Both the position numbers and the translations under genes were made by a program. This document shows positions 25,910 through 37,573 of a DNA stretch of 64,000 nt, one piece after another (position 1 is the stretch's first letter; each line of letters begins with the position of its first letter). The notes under the pieces are model-generated. The model ran no database searches. It was not told the DNA's origin and saw nothing but the letters and a program-made list of their open reading frames with translations. Origin of the DNA: a virus; IMG/VR virus record IMGVR_UViG_3300027896_000013. One strand, written 5' to 3'.

Positions 25910-26573
25910 TCAAAAGATTAATTACATCGTTTTTCAAGTATGCAACTGGATAGCGTTGAAATGTCTCTGCAATCTTGTCATAGTAAAAGACACCTAACTG
26001 TCTTACAATTCTACCTGTCATCAGATGATACAAATATGCATATAGTGAAAGCTGCATACTATAATTGTTATATTCACAGTCTGTGAAATGGTCCAACGGA
26101 GGTTTCAACATCTTATCATACCCAGAGAAGAAGTTAAATTTCTTGTTTGTTTTAATATCAAAGACATCGAAATATTTTCCATCTGGGTGTATAATATCTG
26201 CAGTACCTGCAATCTTATACTGGTGATTGTAAACGAGCTGTTCATGCAACGTACCAGCTTTCTTAGTGTAGTTACCCATCTTCTTAAACTCATTAACGAG
26301 TTTTTCATTTTCAGGTTCAACCATACCGTTTTTAGCATACTCTTCTAGAATTGCATGTATCTTGGTACCAATTACTTTTGAATCGTTATTAGTCTTCTCC
26401 CACTCTGCTAAAATCTCTGCTTGAGTTACACCGCGCTTCTGAGCGACAAATCTTGATATATTTTCCTTATCAAACTCTGATTTAAATTTACCTAATATAG
26501 TCGATACTGAGATATACTTCTCGTTGGTTAGAGTGTTTGTGTAAACGTGCTTTACTGGGTCAAAATGTATCAT
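25899..26573 (-). CDS. PD-(D/E)xK (RecB/Cas4-like) exonuclease
   Basis: SVST, GTKIH, AGTAD, DIKT, QLSLY. Confidence 0.85.
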   Translation of the reverse strand: MIHFDPVKHVYTNTLTNEKYISVSTILGKFKSEFDKENISRFVAQKRGVTQAEILAEWEKTNNDSKVIGTKIHAILEEYAKNGMVEPENEKLVNEFKKMGNYTKKAGTLHEQLVYNHQYKIAGTADIIHPDGKYFDVFDIKTNKKFNFFSGYDKMLKPPLDHFTDCEYNNYSMQLSLYAYLYHLMTGRIVRQLGVFYYDKIAETFQRYPVAYLKNDVINLLNAR

Positions 26574-26614
26574 ACTAAAAGTATAGCGTATGAATATTGA
26601 AACTCCAGAAACAA

Positions 26615-28573
26615 TTACAAGTCAAAGTCCAGCTTAGGTACGTTTACTGCAGATAAGGTAGTTTTGAAATTACCCCACAAGGAATTAGTTATATACTTGG
26701 GCCCTGAAATATTTAAGTTAAAGTGGTTAAAGGTTGACCCGATATAGAATACAATCGTTTGACCTAAAGATATACCAAAATCTTGTAGCTTAAAATTCCA
26801 AGTATGGTGAGTATTTGATGTACTATCTGAGACTACTGTTACAAGGGGTGCTTCGTATGTAGTAGCAGACCCTGTAACAGTAAACGTTTGTAATACACCC
26901 ACTAAACCTGCAGCAGTATATGTGCTAGCTGCACCAGCATCCTGTAGAATTACAGATAACTGCTCAGTACTTAAAGCTTGTAACTGCGATACACTGTAGG
27001 TTGATAAAATCGATGTAACTGTATTGGATACTAGATATGGATCCAATATCTTAGTTTGTGTACCAGCCTTAAGCTTCTTATCTGTTAGCAATTGAGGCGC
27101 GACTAAAAGAGCAAGCTCCTCTTGTCTCTTAGCAGCACTCTTCTTTGCTGAGAGTGGTGTAAGTTTAGCAATATCAGCCTCGCTCAGATTAACAGTATCT
27201 ACTAATGTCGTAATGCGGCCGGATTTACGACCCAGCACCTCAACAATTGCGCCTTTGCCATTCTTACTTGGTAATAAAAAATACGAAAATGATTTAGTTA
27301 AATTGTCTATGGTAGCCTGATTACTACTGATCACCCTAGGTGCGACTACGCTTGACACAGCTTCCATTAGAGTGCTTGGTATAACTGTACCGCTGTTTGT
27401 TACCCTTTTACGGTCACCTGATACACCAATATATAATGTCACTCGAGTTGGTGCGTTGTCCATTGTAATACTAATAGGTGCATCCAGCATTATAAAGTTA
27501 CCACCAATATCAGGTGATAATTTAGTCTCAACTATAAAACCAGGTAAATTGCTGAGATAGAGTGGTGCTACAGGTGTTACTAAATAGTTGCCAGTTCTCT
27601 TATCTTTAAATATAACTGGAGTAGCTGATACAGTGGTAGACTGGGATGGTGTATACACTGCATATACTAAAGGATCGTAATTAACCGCGCCTAGAAAAGT
27701 AGAAAACTTTATTGGACCTGTTGGATCATCACCAATATCTAGATCTTGTCCACCATAATAACTCAACTTTATGTTCGAAAGAGGTAGAGTTGTTGTATTC
27801 ACTTGCTTGGAGAATCCAAGCTTTGTTACCTGGTTATATGATGTAGTTACTTTATCATACACTACAGGTATTGTAAATTGCTCGGATTTATGCAACCCAT
27901 TATTAACAACAATCACGTTGTAAGTGTACGGAGCTGATAAACCACTGACTAGAGTGTATGGGTTGTTAAGAGTTACAGCTGATGCAGTAAACGTAGTTGT
28001 TGATCGCTTCGCACTATTGGTCGCATTAATTGCACTAACTGAGAATGTACCAGAACTTAACGGTATTGTTTTAAATGTTAATGTAATCTTACCATTCTTA
28101 GCTGTATGATACTTCGTATAAGCCTCTGACCAACCATCAATACTAAATGTATTAAACCCAGTCTTAATTGTCTGTACATATGGTGCCGTCGTAGTTTTTA
28201 GATAAGAGGTTGATAACGTAAACGTTTCAGTTGACGATAAACTCGGGCAATTAACAACTACATTATAGGTATAAGGTGCTGTTAAACCTGTCGCAATCTT
28301 ATACTCGGTACCTAAAACGATACCACCAGATGTAAAAACTGTTATTGTCTTCTGCGCAGGTTTAGCTGTGTTGTAGGCACTAACAGAGAACATATTAGCA
28401 CCATGTGGTACCTCGGCGAATACCATTGAGATGAAACCATCGTGTTTTGTATGATATGTTGTGTATGTCTCTGTATACCCTTTAACTAAGAAGGAGGTGT
28501 TACTTATACCCGCTCCATAGAGCGTGTCAATATCTACAAAACTTAGATCGGTAAAAGGTAAAACTGTTGACAT
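26615..28573 (-). CDS. Putative tail-associated structural protein with two internal repeats
   Basis: Duplicated ETY..YHT..DG...GL.APYTYNV unit. Confidence 0.6.
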   Translation of the reverse strand: MSTVLPFTDLSFVDIDTLYGAGISNTSFLVKGYTETYTTYHTKHDGFISMVFAEVPHGANMFSVSAYNTAKPAQKTITVFTSGGIVLGTEYKIATGLTAPYTYNVVVNCPSLSSTETFTLSTSYLKTTTAPYVQTIKTGFNTFSIDGWSEAYTKYHTAKNGKITLTFKTIPLSSGTFSVSAINATNSAKRSTTTFTASAVTLNNPYTLVSGLSAPYTYNVIVVNNGLHKSEQFTIPVVYDKVTTSYNQVTKLGFSKQVNTTTLPLSNIKLSYYGGQDLDIGDDPTGPIKFSTFLGAVNYDPLVYAVYTPSQSTTVSATPVIFKDKRTGNYLVTPVAPLYLSNLPGFIVETKLSPDIGGNFIMLDAPISITMDNAPTRVTLYIGVSGDRKRVTNSGTVIPSTLMEAVSSVVAPRVISSNQATIDNLTKSFSYFLLPSKNGKGAIVEVLGRKSGRITTLVDTVNLSEADIAKLTPLSAKKSAAKRQEELALLVAPQLLTDKKLKAGTQTKILDPYLVSNTVTSILSTYSVSQLQALSTEQLSVILQDAGAASTYTAAGLVGVLQTFTVTGSATTYEAPLVTVVSDSTSNTHHTWNFKLQDFGISLGQTIVFYIGSTFNHFNLNISGPKYITNSLWGNFKTTLSAVNVPKLDFDL

Positions 28574-29898
28574 TATTTTTTATCATTTAATTCTCGTATT
28601 GCCTCAATAATGAGTGGTATGATTTTTTCATACTGTACACCTTTATACCCATTCTGTCTATCCGCTACAGCAGATGGTATAACCTTCTCAACTTCTTGAG
28701 CTATGACACCAATATCATGTCCATTATAGATGCTCTTCGAATTCCAGTCAAACTCTACACCACGTAAACTCATTAGCTTATCAAGAGCACTTGTAATAGG
28801 TACAATATTATCTTTAAGTCTACTATCAGATGAATAGTACGCAACTACGTCACCAGTTGCACTTATATCACCTACAACTGTACAACCATTAGTAAGAATT
28901 GTTCTACCGCTAAGAGCTATGTTATATGCACTCAGCCCCTTGAAGTTGTTTGTGTTGACTCCAAACCATGGCTGTGTATTAACTGTTAGTATAGGTCCAT
29001 TAATACCACTCACGTCAATCAATGTAACTGGGCTTGGATCTCCATTGTACAAGACGAGGGCTGTAAGAGCAGGGTGACCTGTTGTATCAATATTAAGCGA
29101 TGTTAGTGACATCGCAGTTGTGCTTATTGCATTGTAACCGCTTAAGAAAGTAGCAGCACCTTTAACATACAAGTTACCTTCTACTAATACAGCTCCATTG
29201 GTTTTACCACCAGTGAACACGAACCCGGGATTAGCGCTCGTACCTGTGCTTGTTGTAGTTGTAAACCTGAAAGCTGATTGAGTAGAAAATGTAGTGTAAC
29301 CTGTACCACCTACATTACGGAAATTAACGCTGCAAGAGTTGCTAGCAGATAGCTGTATCTGTGATGTATTGGCTTCACCGTTTATAAAGAGTGGTCCACC
29401 CACTGCAAGCTTGGCAGGTGTTACACTAGTCCAATTATTGTAGATGTTACCTATAAAGACGTTACCGGCGCTCATTGCCCAGTAAGCTGAGTCTAGTTCA
29501 AGCTTGTTTACACTCTGCTGTACGTTACCTGATGCAGATGACTCTGTGAAGTAACTTAAACCTGTACCGGGGAGGTCATCAAATATAATATTGGTGCCTA
29601 CTGTTATCCAGCCTAAGCTTGCCGGATCTTGTAATGCCCACAGCTTTTGAGTAGATGTTTCAAATACAGTATCACCTGGTTGAGCTTGTGATACCTCAGA
29701 AAGGTAAGTTACAACACCGATAAGCTTATTACCAGCAACAGTGCTATCACCAACAGTGCCGTTACCAATAAACAATCGCTTAGTATCTATAGCGTATGCT
29801 AGTTCACCTGTGTCAAGTGTAGCATATTGTCGCTCGAGGTCTGTACCTCTACGAACTATCAAACGAATTACAGTATTGCTGTTAATATTAACTGACAT
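28573..29898 (-). CDS. Tail fibre with C-terminal S74 intramolecular chaperone
   Basis: RRGT..GELAY..DTKRLFIG; SSDSRLKDNI...GVIAQEV. Confidence 0.85.
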   Translation of the reverse strand: MSVNINSNTVIRLIVRRGTDLERQYATLDTGELAYAIDTKRLFIGNGTVGDSTVAGNKLIGVVTYLSEVSQAQPGDTVFETSTQKLWALQDPASLGWITVGTNIIFDDLPGTGLSYFTESSASGNVQQSVNKLELDSAYWAMSAGNVFIGNIYNNWTSVTPAKLAVGGPLFINGEANTSQIQLSASNSCSVNFRNVGGTGYTTFSTQSAFRFTTTTSTGTSANPGFVFTGGKTNGAVLVEGNLYVKGAATFLSGYNAISTTAMSLTSLNIDTTGHPALTALVLYNGDPSPVTLIDVSGINGPILTVNTQPWFGVNTNNFKGLSAYNIALSGRTILTNGCTVVGDISATGDVVAYYSSDSRLKDNIVPITSALDKLMSLRGVEFDWNSKSIYNGHDIGVIAQEVEKVIPSAVADRQNGYKGVQYEKIIPLIIEAIRELNDKK

Positions 29899-29900
29899 AA

Positions 29901-30212
29901 TTATGTGATTTTCAAATAGTTATCAGAAGACGAATTATCGCTTCCAGATAGTGCATATAAACCGCTTAACCCGATTACATATACCAAGTCACCAGGTTGC
30001 ACGAATTGTATGGGGTTAACATCGCTAAAGCTACCAGCTATATAGAACTTGGTACCTACTGGCCATCCACCAGCTCGTTCACCATCACCTACAAATAGTC
30101 TACGTGAGGCATTATCAGTCGTTATACCCAGCTCACCGTCAGACAAAATAATTGTCTTGCGATCAGCGTCAGTGCCTCTCCGAATAAGAAATTTTACAAG
30201 ATTTTGAGCCAT
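29901..30212 (-). CDS. Stand-alone fibre N-terminal (Mtd_N-like) module
   Basis: RRGT...GELG...RLFVGDG. Confidence 0.7.
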   Translation of the reverse strand: MAQNLVKFLIRRGTDADRKTIILSDGELGITTDNASRRLFVGDGERAGGWPVGTKFYIAGSFSDVNPIQFVQPGDLVYVIGLSGLYALSGSDNSSSDNYLKIT

Positions 30213-30221
30213 TTGAATTAT

Positions 30222-31829
30222 TTATCTCAAGATTACGGGTTGGTTCTGAAAGTAACTTGAATCTTGTATTATAACGTTACTCTTTCCTATGATAGATGCT
30301 TGTATATCATAGATTTTCTTTAATCCTCTGTTTATCGCAGCAGATGTAAGCACCTCATTATTTCCGATAATGTGGTCGGGTGTAATCTGATACGCTGTCA
30401 AGTCAAGATCGTCTAATAAAAAGTATAGAGTACCAGCAAATAATGGTACCTGATTTACATCATATACACCTGTAAAGCGACCTCTGATCTTGTCTTTTAA
30501 TCGCAGGTGATTGAGCAGCAGTTTAATCACAGCCTTTGAAAACACCCATGGTTGAACATATTCACCACCTGAGGTTTTAATCTCTTGCAATTCGTACACC
30601 GGAAAATCGTCGTAGGATAGGACGCTTATAAGATTCTCAGTCTCGGTTAAATTGAGAATATTAGTTACACCATTCTTAGATGTAAATGCAAACACTGCAT
30701 CGTCAGTTGTATTTGGTACTGCAGCGCTATCTACGCAGAGTATACTATCTTGGCTATAACCAAGCCTGTATAGAGTAAATTTGCCTACAATATGAGAAGG
30801 TTTACTCAAATACAACTTATATACATTTTCCGATGTAACAATATAATAAAAGTTGACAAACGCTTTAGATGTAAATACGTTTCGTATACTTGCATAGTCA
30901 GGTATATTCTTAGCAATGAGTGTTGCTTCGATAACTTTAAAATCAGATGTCAGCTTTATTATGTGGCATGTACCTGTAACGATTATAAATTCACCAGTGA
31001 CTTCATTAGAGATGATACGCTTTGGTGATGTATTAACAAGTGTATGCTTCAATTGGTAGGCATTAACAAAATTCAAGCTAGCATCATACTGCTTAACCGT
31101 GTAGTTACCAGAATCGAGAATGTATATATTGTTGTTGTATATGCACATCGATGTTGGATTATTAAACGCATATCTATCTTGGAAAGAACCTGAACCTCCA
31201 ATTACCTTATCGAGAATAAGTGTATTCGGAAATATATCATCTGTCAATAATCCAGTTATGTTGTACCTGTACAGGTTATTGTAAAACGCATCAATCACAT
31301 AAAGGAAGTTACCATGGACCTTGATATCTGTTATTGTCTTGAACGTTAGATCTGAGTCTATATTCGCATTAAACGTACTGAGTAATGTATTGATAGCTGA
31401 TGTACCATCTGTTTGCGTAACAGTAATGTGCGTCTCTGACGCACTGAAGAGAAGATACCCATTGTAAACAGAACTATAAACTGCATGTACATTGTTTACG
31501 ATATCATACTGTTCCATACCAATAGTTGATAGCGGTTGGTAAACAGATTGAGACGTAGTCGGAAGATACCACTCAAACGATGTACCTGAAACACCAGCTA
31601 CGTAATTCAGAGAATCGGGTATGATATTTGAACTTACCCTCGTTATACCATACAAGTAGAGAAAATTATGATACAACTTCTCTACTGCATCGTTTACAAC
31701 TCTAAATGATATCAGCTCGTTTGGTTGGATTTGAATAGTTTCATACGAATACGGCAATTCGAAAGATTCGCTAATAAACCTGTCATGTAGCATTCCAGAC
31801 TGATCAAAGATTGTTTCTATTTGATTCAT
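30222..31829 (-). CDS. Structural protein with beta-propeller/NHL-like repeats
   Basis: FNNPTSM..IYILDSGN. Confidence 0.6.
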   Translation of the reverse strand: MNQIETIFDQSGMLHDRFISESFELPYSYETIQIQPNELISFRVVNDAVEKLYHNFLYLYGITRVSSNIIPDSLNYVAGVSGTSFEWYLPTTSQSVYQPLSTIGMEQYDIVNNVHAVYSSVYNGYLLFSASETHITVTQTDGTSAINTLLSTFNANIDSDLTFKTITDIKVHGNFLYVIDAFYNNLYRYNITGLLTDDIFPNTLILDKVIGGSGSFQDRYAFNNPTSMCIYNNNIYILDSGNYTVKQYDASLNFVNAYQLKHTLVNTSPKRIISNEVTGEFIIVTGTCHIIKLTSDFKVIEATLIAKNIPDYASIRNVFTSKAFVNFYYIVTSENVYKLYLSKPSHIVGKFTLYRLGYSQDSILCVDSAAVPNTTDDAVFAFTSKNGVTNILNLTETENLISVLSYDDFPVYELQEIKTSGGEYVQPWVFSKAVIKLLLNHLRLKDKIRGRFTGVYDVNQVPLFAGTLYFLLDDLDLTAYQITPDHIIGNNEVLTSAAINRGLKKIYDIQASIIGKSNVIIQDSSYFQNQPVILR

Positions 31830-31830
31830 A

Positions 31831-32121
31831 TTATATACAGTTAGCTATAACAATTTGGTCGGAGGTTTTTGTCACTATATTATCACCCGCTTTCGTCACT
31901 ATATTGCAATTAGACGCTGGTGTAGGAGTGGGTGTCTCCGTTGGTGTGGGTGTAGGTGACGGTGATGGTCCCGGTGTCGGGTAAGGTGTTAAATTATGTC
32001 CAACAGCCGTATTCGAAAACCCCTTAATAGACATATTCTTACGTGAGAACACCTTTGCAGATGCACTTTGCGTACTAATAAGTCGTCTATTTGAATCAAA
32101 TCGATTAGGCGGTGTTGGCAT
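31831..32121 (-). CDS. Small Pro/Thr-rich protein
   Basis: PTP repeats, NIVTK repeats. Confidence 0.55.
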   Translation of the reverse strand: MPTPPNRFDSNRRLISTQSASAKVFSRKNMSIKGFSNTAVGHNLTPYPTPGPSPSPTPTPTETPTPTPASNCNIVTKAGDNIVTKTSDQIVIANCI

Positions 32122-32158
32122 TGTATTTTATGTTAAGGTTGATCGTTTCATATACTTA

Positions 32159-35100
32159 TTAGGTTGAACCATCGCTATATGGCTCAGCTGTTTGTACCCA
32201 TTTTATAGATGCCGTTGTATTAACTGGTAATACGTTTTGTAGCTTCGCAGAAATTCGAGCTGTTAACAATTTTTGTAACTCTTCAGGTATGTTACCTACA
32301 TTTATACATACAGCTGAATGAGCAGCTTTATTAATAGGTACATCCAGCTTAAAGAAACGTTCAATTTCATCAACAAATGACCGTATACCAGCTGGCATAT
32401 TATATACAATACTTGGTATGGTCTTAGAGCTGTTAGCAATAGCAACAATATCGGAATCATTCAAAGCGTCATCATATATGCAAAAGTTTTTAAGTTTGCA
32501 ACCTACCATGTAATGATTTTTTTGCTTTAAATATTGTGGCAATGTAGAATTATAGAAAGGAGTAGCACCGATTACTATTGGCCTATCTAATGTCTTAGAG
32601 AATGTATATTGACCTGGTACGAATTGTATATCATCCATCTTCAGACCGTCAACAAAACAAGCGAAGTCTCCACGCAACGCGTCAAACCGAACTACCAGAT
32701 TGTGGTAGCCAGTACCCATACTACTAGTAGGTATCGTAAGGGTAAATTCCTCACGATTAGTGTTTATTATGTTATTAACTACAATCTTAGCAGTTATATC
32801 ACTAGAGTAACCAGATGAATGTCTACGAACGTAATCCCCATTACTTGTATTCTGCATTGCCATTAGATGTGGGAATAGATTATCAGTTGTAAAGGAACTG
32901 TGAAATATACCTGTATCAAGGTATCTGAATACTGTTATCGATGTGTCACCTGGTGTAATGCTTTGTGTGGTAACTATAGCATAGTTCTGTTGACCTGCTG
33001 CAGTGACTTCATTTATAAAGTCTACATCAACGGGTACTTTACCATTGGTATTAATCAATACATTGCATATCTCCTGACGAGCGCTAGTATATGCATAGAG
33101 AGTTGAATCTGTTGCGATCCAAAAATTATCAAACCTATCAATATTGAAATCTCTTATTGGTACACTTGTCTGGAAGAATGGATAATCAATATTATTGACC
33201 GTGTCCCATTTTCTAATCTCAATATCGTTATCCATGTGATAGATATCAGATCCTATTACATGCAGCTTAGAGCTAGGTAAACAAAATATATTATCGTTTA
33301 TTTTAGCTGTAGTATAACACGCAGATAAGGCTACACCACTTAACGTAGTTGCTGTCTGTGTTGTAACGCTACTTGTATCAAGAGTATAATCTAATACACT
33401 TCTACCAGATACAGTGCTAACTAACATTGTTATTGTATTATCTGTATGATAGCTATCAATAATGCCTACTGGTGTTGGTGGTATAATTTCACCTATTACA
33501 GTATTCTTTGTTGTTAAACGGTATACGTTTCCGGTATCCAATGTAACATAATAGTCTGAGACATTTCTCTCACGTGATAACGATGCAATATTACTCTCAA
33601 ACTCAACTGTGTCTAACAACACACCGTCAGTGTTATAGATGTAGAGATTGTTTAAGTTGAAAAAGCACAAAAATGGTGTTATGTCAGTAGCACTGAATAG
33701 TCCTATACCATCCTTAATAAAGTTACCTATGAACTGATTAGCGAACGGAGTAGTCCATTTTGGTACACTTAGGTCAACTGATATAGTGAACCGGTTGTTA
33801 TGTATAATAGAAGAAAGAGACACTGTTGTCGAGTATTGTTGACCATCAAAAGAAAACTCACCAACTTCTTCAACTCTGTCATACATCTGAGTATTGTTAA
33901 CATAGTAGTTAACTAACCCACTTTGAATCACAGATGGTGCTAAAGTTTTGAGATACGTCTGTATGTCATTGGTACCAATGTGATGGTAAGCATAATATAC
34001 ACCAGGTTCAAAATACAAATCACTAGGTTTATCAAAAAACGCGGTATTTGCACAAACAGTCCCTACAATTGTAGAAAAATTGGTTATGTAGGTGTTGATA
34101 TTAGTACTAGTTAGAGCTTCGAGGAATGTCGTCGCCATCGGGTTATAATACCTATCTACCCAAAGAGGTTGCGTTTTACAGTCAACACCAGCGGACAACC
34201 AAGAACACAAGAATACACCATTAGCTTCATCTGTAGACTGACCGAACGGTGATGTATACTTATATGCACCTCTTCTCTTAAAGATCTTATCTGACTTAAC
34301 TGGGTGATCGCTTGCAACTGCTCCACATCTAGCTATGTCAGTATCATTTACATTGAGCTGTTTATATGGATAAATGTTGCCGGGTACATGAAAATACGTT
34401 ATTGCATCAGCTTTAAACGTTAGCATGTTAGTCTTACCGGTGTAGCTTAAAGATATATTATCATCACCTAACAACTGTGGAGCACCAGTGAATATGCGAT
34501 TATATTCTCTTGAAACGTATTTATCAGATGTAAAGTACTCGCTAGGTTGTACGTTATTATTCTGTGGTGTTAACTCATTCTTAAGAGATAGTATGTTGAC
34601 ATTAAAGTGACCATCTGTTATATCATGGTATTCTGTGTTAACTAGAAAGTTGTTACTAGCTACTGTTGCGTCAGCTGTATTTAATTCAACGTTAAAATCT
34701 TTTGTATATGAAGCTCTTATATCATCTAGCTTGTATGATGAAGTAGGTGCACTATGAGGTCTCAATCTCATTACACCATTAAGATTATATGGGTGATTAG
34801 ATCCCGTTGGTGGTTGCCTTAGAGCTATTCTACGAGTAAACGGGTTGTATGTTGCGTAATACGGAAAATCAAAAATCTTCTTATACAAGATCATTAGATC
34901 TGTCTCTTTGTCATAGAAGTAATAAAAAATTTGAGGGCTTCCTACACCTAGTGCATCTAATCCAGCATCAACTGCAAAGCTGAGATTGAAGGTATAATCA
35001 AGAGTAAGATATCTTAAAATACCAGCGTGCTCATGTGAAATTTTACAGAGCATGTTATCTATAAACGATATATCAAAGAAGTTACGATTTTGTGGGGTTG

Positions 35101-35467
35101 GTGTCTTCTCAATGAAGGTGCGTATGCTTGTTTGACCTGTATCGTTACTTTCGTCTACACCCCAATAGAAAGACTCTTGCGATGTACCTTCAATAGCATC
35201 AAACGAAAAGAAAGTTGAAAATGAATTCGGTGTATGCTCGAGTGGTGTTATTGTAAAGAAATCACTAAGCTTCTTTTTCTTTGTCAAGAACAGATTAGAG
35301 AAGTTGTTTACCTTGCAGTCTGCAACACCAGACAGGAGCTGACTAAAGTTAAAATTCACCTGCTCATCGCTGTAAAACCCACGGCCTTGTAAATCTGCCG
35401 CAGAATCGTACGGGTAAATAGGTGTCAACTTCTCAAAAATCTCTGTTGAATATAGCTGTTGATGCAT
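32159..35467 (-). CDS. Large structural protein, possible LamG-like domain
   Basis: 1102 aa; HNLVVRFD..FVDG..IYDDAL. Confidence 0.6.
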   Translation of the reverse strand: MHQQLYSTEIFEKLTPIYPYDSAADLQGRGFYSDEQVNFNFSQLLSGVADCKVNNFSNLFLTKKKKLSDFFTITPLEHTPNSFSTFFSFDAIEGTSQESFYWGVDESNDTGQTSIRTFIEKTPTPQNRNFFDISFIDNMLCKISHEHAGILRYLTLDYTFNLSFAVDAGLDALGVGSPQIFYYFYDKETDLMILYKKIFDFPYYATYNPFTRRIALRQPPTGSNHPYNLNGVMRLRPHSAPTSSYKLDDIRASYTKDFNVELNTADATVASNNFLVNTEYHDITDGHFNVNILSLKNELTPQNNNVQPSEYFTSDKYVSREYNRIFTGAPQLLGDDNISLSYTGKTNMLTFKADAITYFHVPGNIYPYKQLNVNDTDIARCGAVASDHPVKSDKIFKRRGAYKYTSPFGQSTDEANGVFLCSWLSAGVDCKTQPLWVDRYYNPMATTFLEALTSTNINTYITNFSTIVGTVCANTAFFDKPSDLYFEPGVYYAYHHIGTNDIQTYLKTLAPSVIQSGLVNYYVNNTQMYDRVEEVGEFSFDGQQYSTTVSLSSIIHNNRFTISVDLSVPKWTTPFANQFIGNFIKDGIGLFSATDITPFLCFFNLNNLYIYNTDGVLLDTVEFESNIASLSRERNVSDYYVTLDTGNVYRLTTKNTVIGEIIPPTPVGIIDSYHTDNTITMLVSTVSGRSVLDYTLDTSSVTTQTATTLSGVALSACYTTAKINDNIFCLPSSKLHVIGSDIYHMDNDIEIRKWDTVNNIDYPFFQTSVPIRDFNIDRFDNFWIATDSTLYAYTSARQEICNVLINTNGKVPVDVDFINEVTAAGQQNYAIVTTQSITPGDTSITVFRYLDTGIFHSSFTTDNLFPHLMAMQNTSNGDYVRRHSSGYSSDITAKIVVNNIINTNREEFTLTIPTSSMGTGYHNLVVRFDALRGDFACFVDGLKMDDIQFVPGQYTFSKTLDRPIVIGATPFYNSTLPQYLKQKNHYMVGCKLKNFCIYDDALNDSDIVAIANSSKTIPSIVYNMPAGIRSFVDEIERFFKLDVPINKAAHSAVCINVGNIPEELQKLLTARISAKLQNVLPVNTTASIKWVQTAEPYSDGST

Positions 35468-35494
35468 TTATTAGTATTTATTACGTGGTATAGT

Positions 35495-37573
35495 CTATGT
35501 AGAGCTGCGAGCCACCTGTAAATGGCTACCAACTACAGTGCGGCCAGCTAGTGAACCAGTTGACGACAACAACCATCTAAAGGACGAATATGCAGATACT
35601 CTAGGAACTCTAATATAACCAACATCGTAATCACCTGGTTGACAGCTATACAGAGTTGTCCATGGTACGCTTATACCACTGCTTGGATATGTTGCTGTAC
35701 CTTGTATTAGAGACACGAAGCTCTCACCATATTGAAATGGTGTAAACGTTAACACATTATAAAACCGATCTATCTCCTGTATAATACCATCTTTAAATTC
35801 ATGTATAACCCATGCAGTGTTAGCAGTTGTAGTGGTTGTCCATTGAGATGATTGATCTATACTAAATGCGTTGTTTGCTGTGCTCACATTACCAGATGCG
35901 TAATCATGACCCTGCGCATAAACAGGTGAGATATGCATACCAATCAATGATACGTCAGTTGGTGTAGGTACTGGAGTCGGTATAGGTGGGGTTGGAGTTG
36001 GGGTTGGATATTGGTATGTACCATACAGTGCCAAGTACTTACCCACTACGGTAACACTAGACAGCGAAGCTGTCGATGAAAGCAACCAACGGAATGAGTT
36101 GTATGCGCTAGTCCATGGCACTGGTAAACGAGCAGGGTCAATATAATACAAGCTGCTTGTTGAACTGTATATAGTAGTCCACGGTACACTTAAACCACTG
36201 CTTGGATATGTAGCAGTTCCTTGAAGGAGTGTAACATAATTACCACTAAGTCCTCCAGTAAAATAGAATCGACCTGTAAACCGATCAACTGCTGCATATT
36301 GATTTGGTTTCATCTCAAATGTTATCCAGGCAGATGGAGCTTTCGTAAATGCATTCCACATAGTAGTGGTATTATCAAATGCATGAAATGCGCTTAACCC
36401 AGCCATCTGAGATGAAGCGTATATATGGCCATACGCATTAACATCTGCAGCTATATTATTAGTACCGTTAAGTGTTCTTACCGGTGTCGGGGTTGGTGTT
36501 GGTACAGGTGTTGCTGTAGGTAGAAAATAACCATACACTTGAATAGCGCTTGCAGCTGATCCAAAATTACTATTAATATTCTTAGATGCATGTTCAATTC
36601 TAATACCTCTGAAAGATGATAGTGAATTTATAATTTGTGGTGATATTCTATCAAAACTAAAAAACGACGCTGCAGTAAGCAGTGGAACGCAGCCGTGATA
36701 GTCATGGGGTGTAGTTGATCGATTATCGTATATAGCCCTAGGATCACCTGAAGTACCGAATACGATTGTATGTATATTTTGACCTTCTTTGTCAGAAGGC
36801 ATATAAACTGAACCAGAAAGCTTTTTGATAATAACTTTCTGGTTAACACCAAAATCATACGAAATCCAAGACGTTACTAATGCACTAGATGAGGTTAGGT
36901 GCCATGTATCAATCCAATAATCACCAACAACTTTATCAAATGCTCTCCAAGCTTCATGTCCAATAAAAGAACCCTCACCTTCTGAATCTGCTGTACCTGA
37001 AGGTCTTGAGTCATCTACCATCTTAGGTATCAGCTCGACTATTACAGGTGTCGGAGTCGGTGTTGGTAGTGGTGTTGATGTTGGTAGCGGTGTAGGAGTC
37101 GGAGTAGTACCATATATACCAGACAGTTGAAGCATATTTGCCACCACAGTCATACTATTCTGCAGTGGGTTATATGCGCTAACACCCCAGCGGAAGGATC
37201 TATAATCACCAGGGACGAAGCTATTCTCCCCAGGTAATCCACCTATATAACCACTACTTATTGAATTACTTGATAATGCTAAAACATGCCAATCACCATC
37301 TGTTGCAGATATAGCTTCTGCAGTAGTACCTTGTAAAAACGTAGTCCAGTTTGCAGCGCTGTTTACATTATCAACATTTAAAAAACCAGACCTCATCCAA
37401 GCTGTAACAGTAAAACCAAAATCGTATGTTACTGCCCAATATGGGTAAACTTTATTAGACGTATAGCCTACCCATGCACCACCTACACCATCAAACGCTT
37501 TCCAAGCGGCGGATGTTGTACCTAATATACTAGTAGCGGATGCTGTTCCAAATGGTGTTGTATTTGATATCAT
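35495..37573 (-). CDS. Repeated discoidin/F5-8-like modules joined by PT linkers
   Basis: AWKAFD/AWRAFD/AFHAFD repeats; start taken at ATG overlapping upstream TGA. Confidence 0.65.
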   Translation of the reverse strand: MISNTTPFGTASATSILGTTSAAWKAFDGVGGAWVGYTSNKVYPYWAVTYDFGFTVTAWMRSGFLNVDNVNSAANWTTFLQGTTAEAISATDGDWHVLALSSNSISSGYIGGLPGENSFVPGDYRSFRWGVSAYNPLQNSMTVVANMLQLSGIYGTTPTPTPLPTSTPLPTPTPTPVIVELIPKMVDDSRPSGTADSEGEGSFIGHEAWRAFDKVVGDYWIDTWHLTSSSALVTSWISYDFGVNQKVIIKKLSGSVYMPSDKEGQNIHTIVFGTSGDPRAIYDNRSTTPHDYHGCVPLLTAASFFSFDRISPQIINSLSSFRGIRIEHASKNINSNFGSAASAIQVYGYFLPTATPVPTPTPTPVRTLNGTNNIAADVNAYGHIYASSQMAGLSAFHAFDNTTTMWNAFTKAPSAWITFEMKPNQYAAVDRFTGRFYFTGGLSGNYVTLLQGTATYPSSGLSVPWTTIYSSTSSLYYIDPARLPVPWTSAYNSFRWLLSSTASLSSVTVVGKYLALYGTYQYPTPTPTPPIPTPVPTPTDVSLIGMHISPVYAQGHDYASGNVSTANNAFSIDQSSQWTTTTTANTAWVIHEFKDGIIQEIDRFYNVLTFTPFQYGESFVSLIQGTATYPSSGISVPWTTLYSCQPGDYDVGYIRVPRVSAYSSFRWLLSSTGSLAGRTVVGSHLQVARSST

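Noticed and set aside
28573-30212. Diversity-generating retroelement suggested by Mtd_N-like modules
   Set aside because: No reverse transcriptase or template/variable repeat pair in the window
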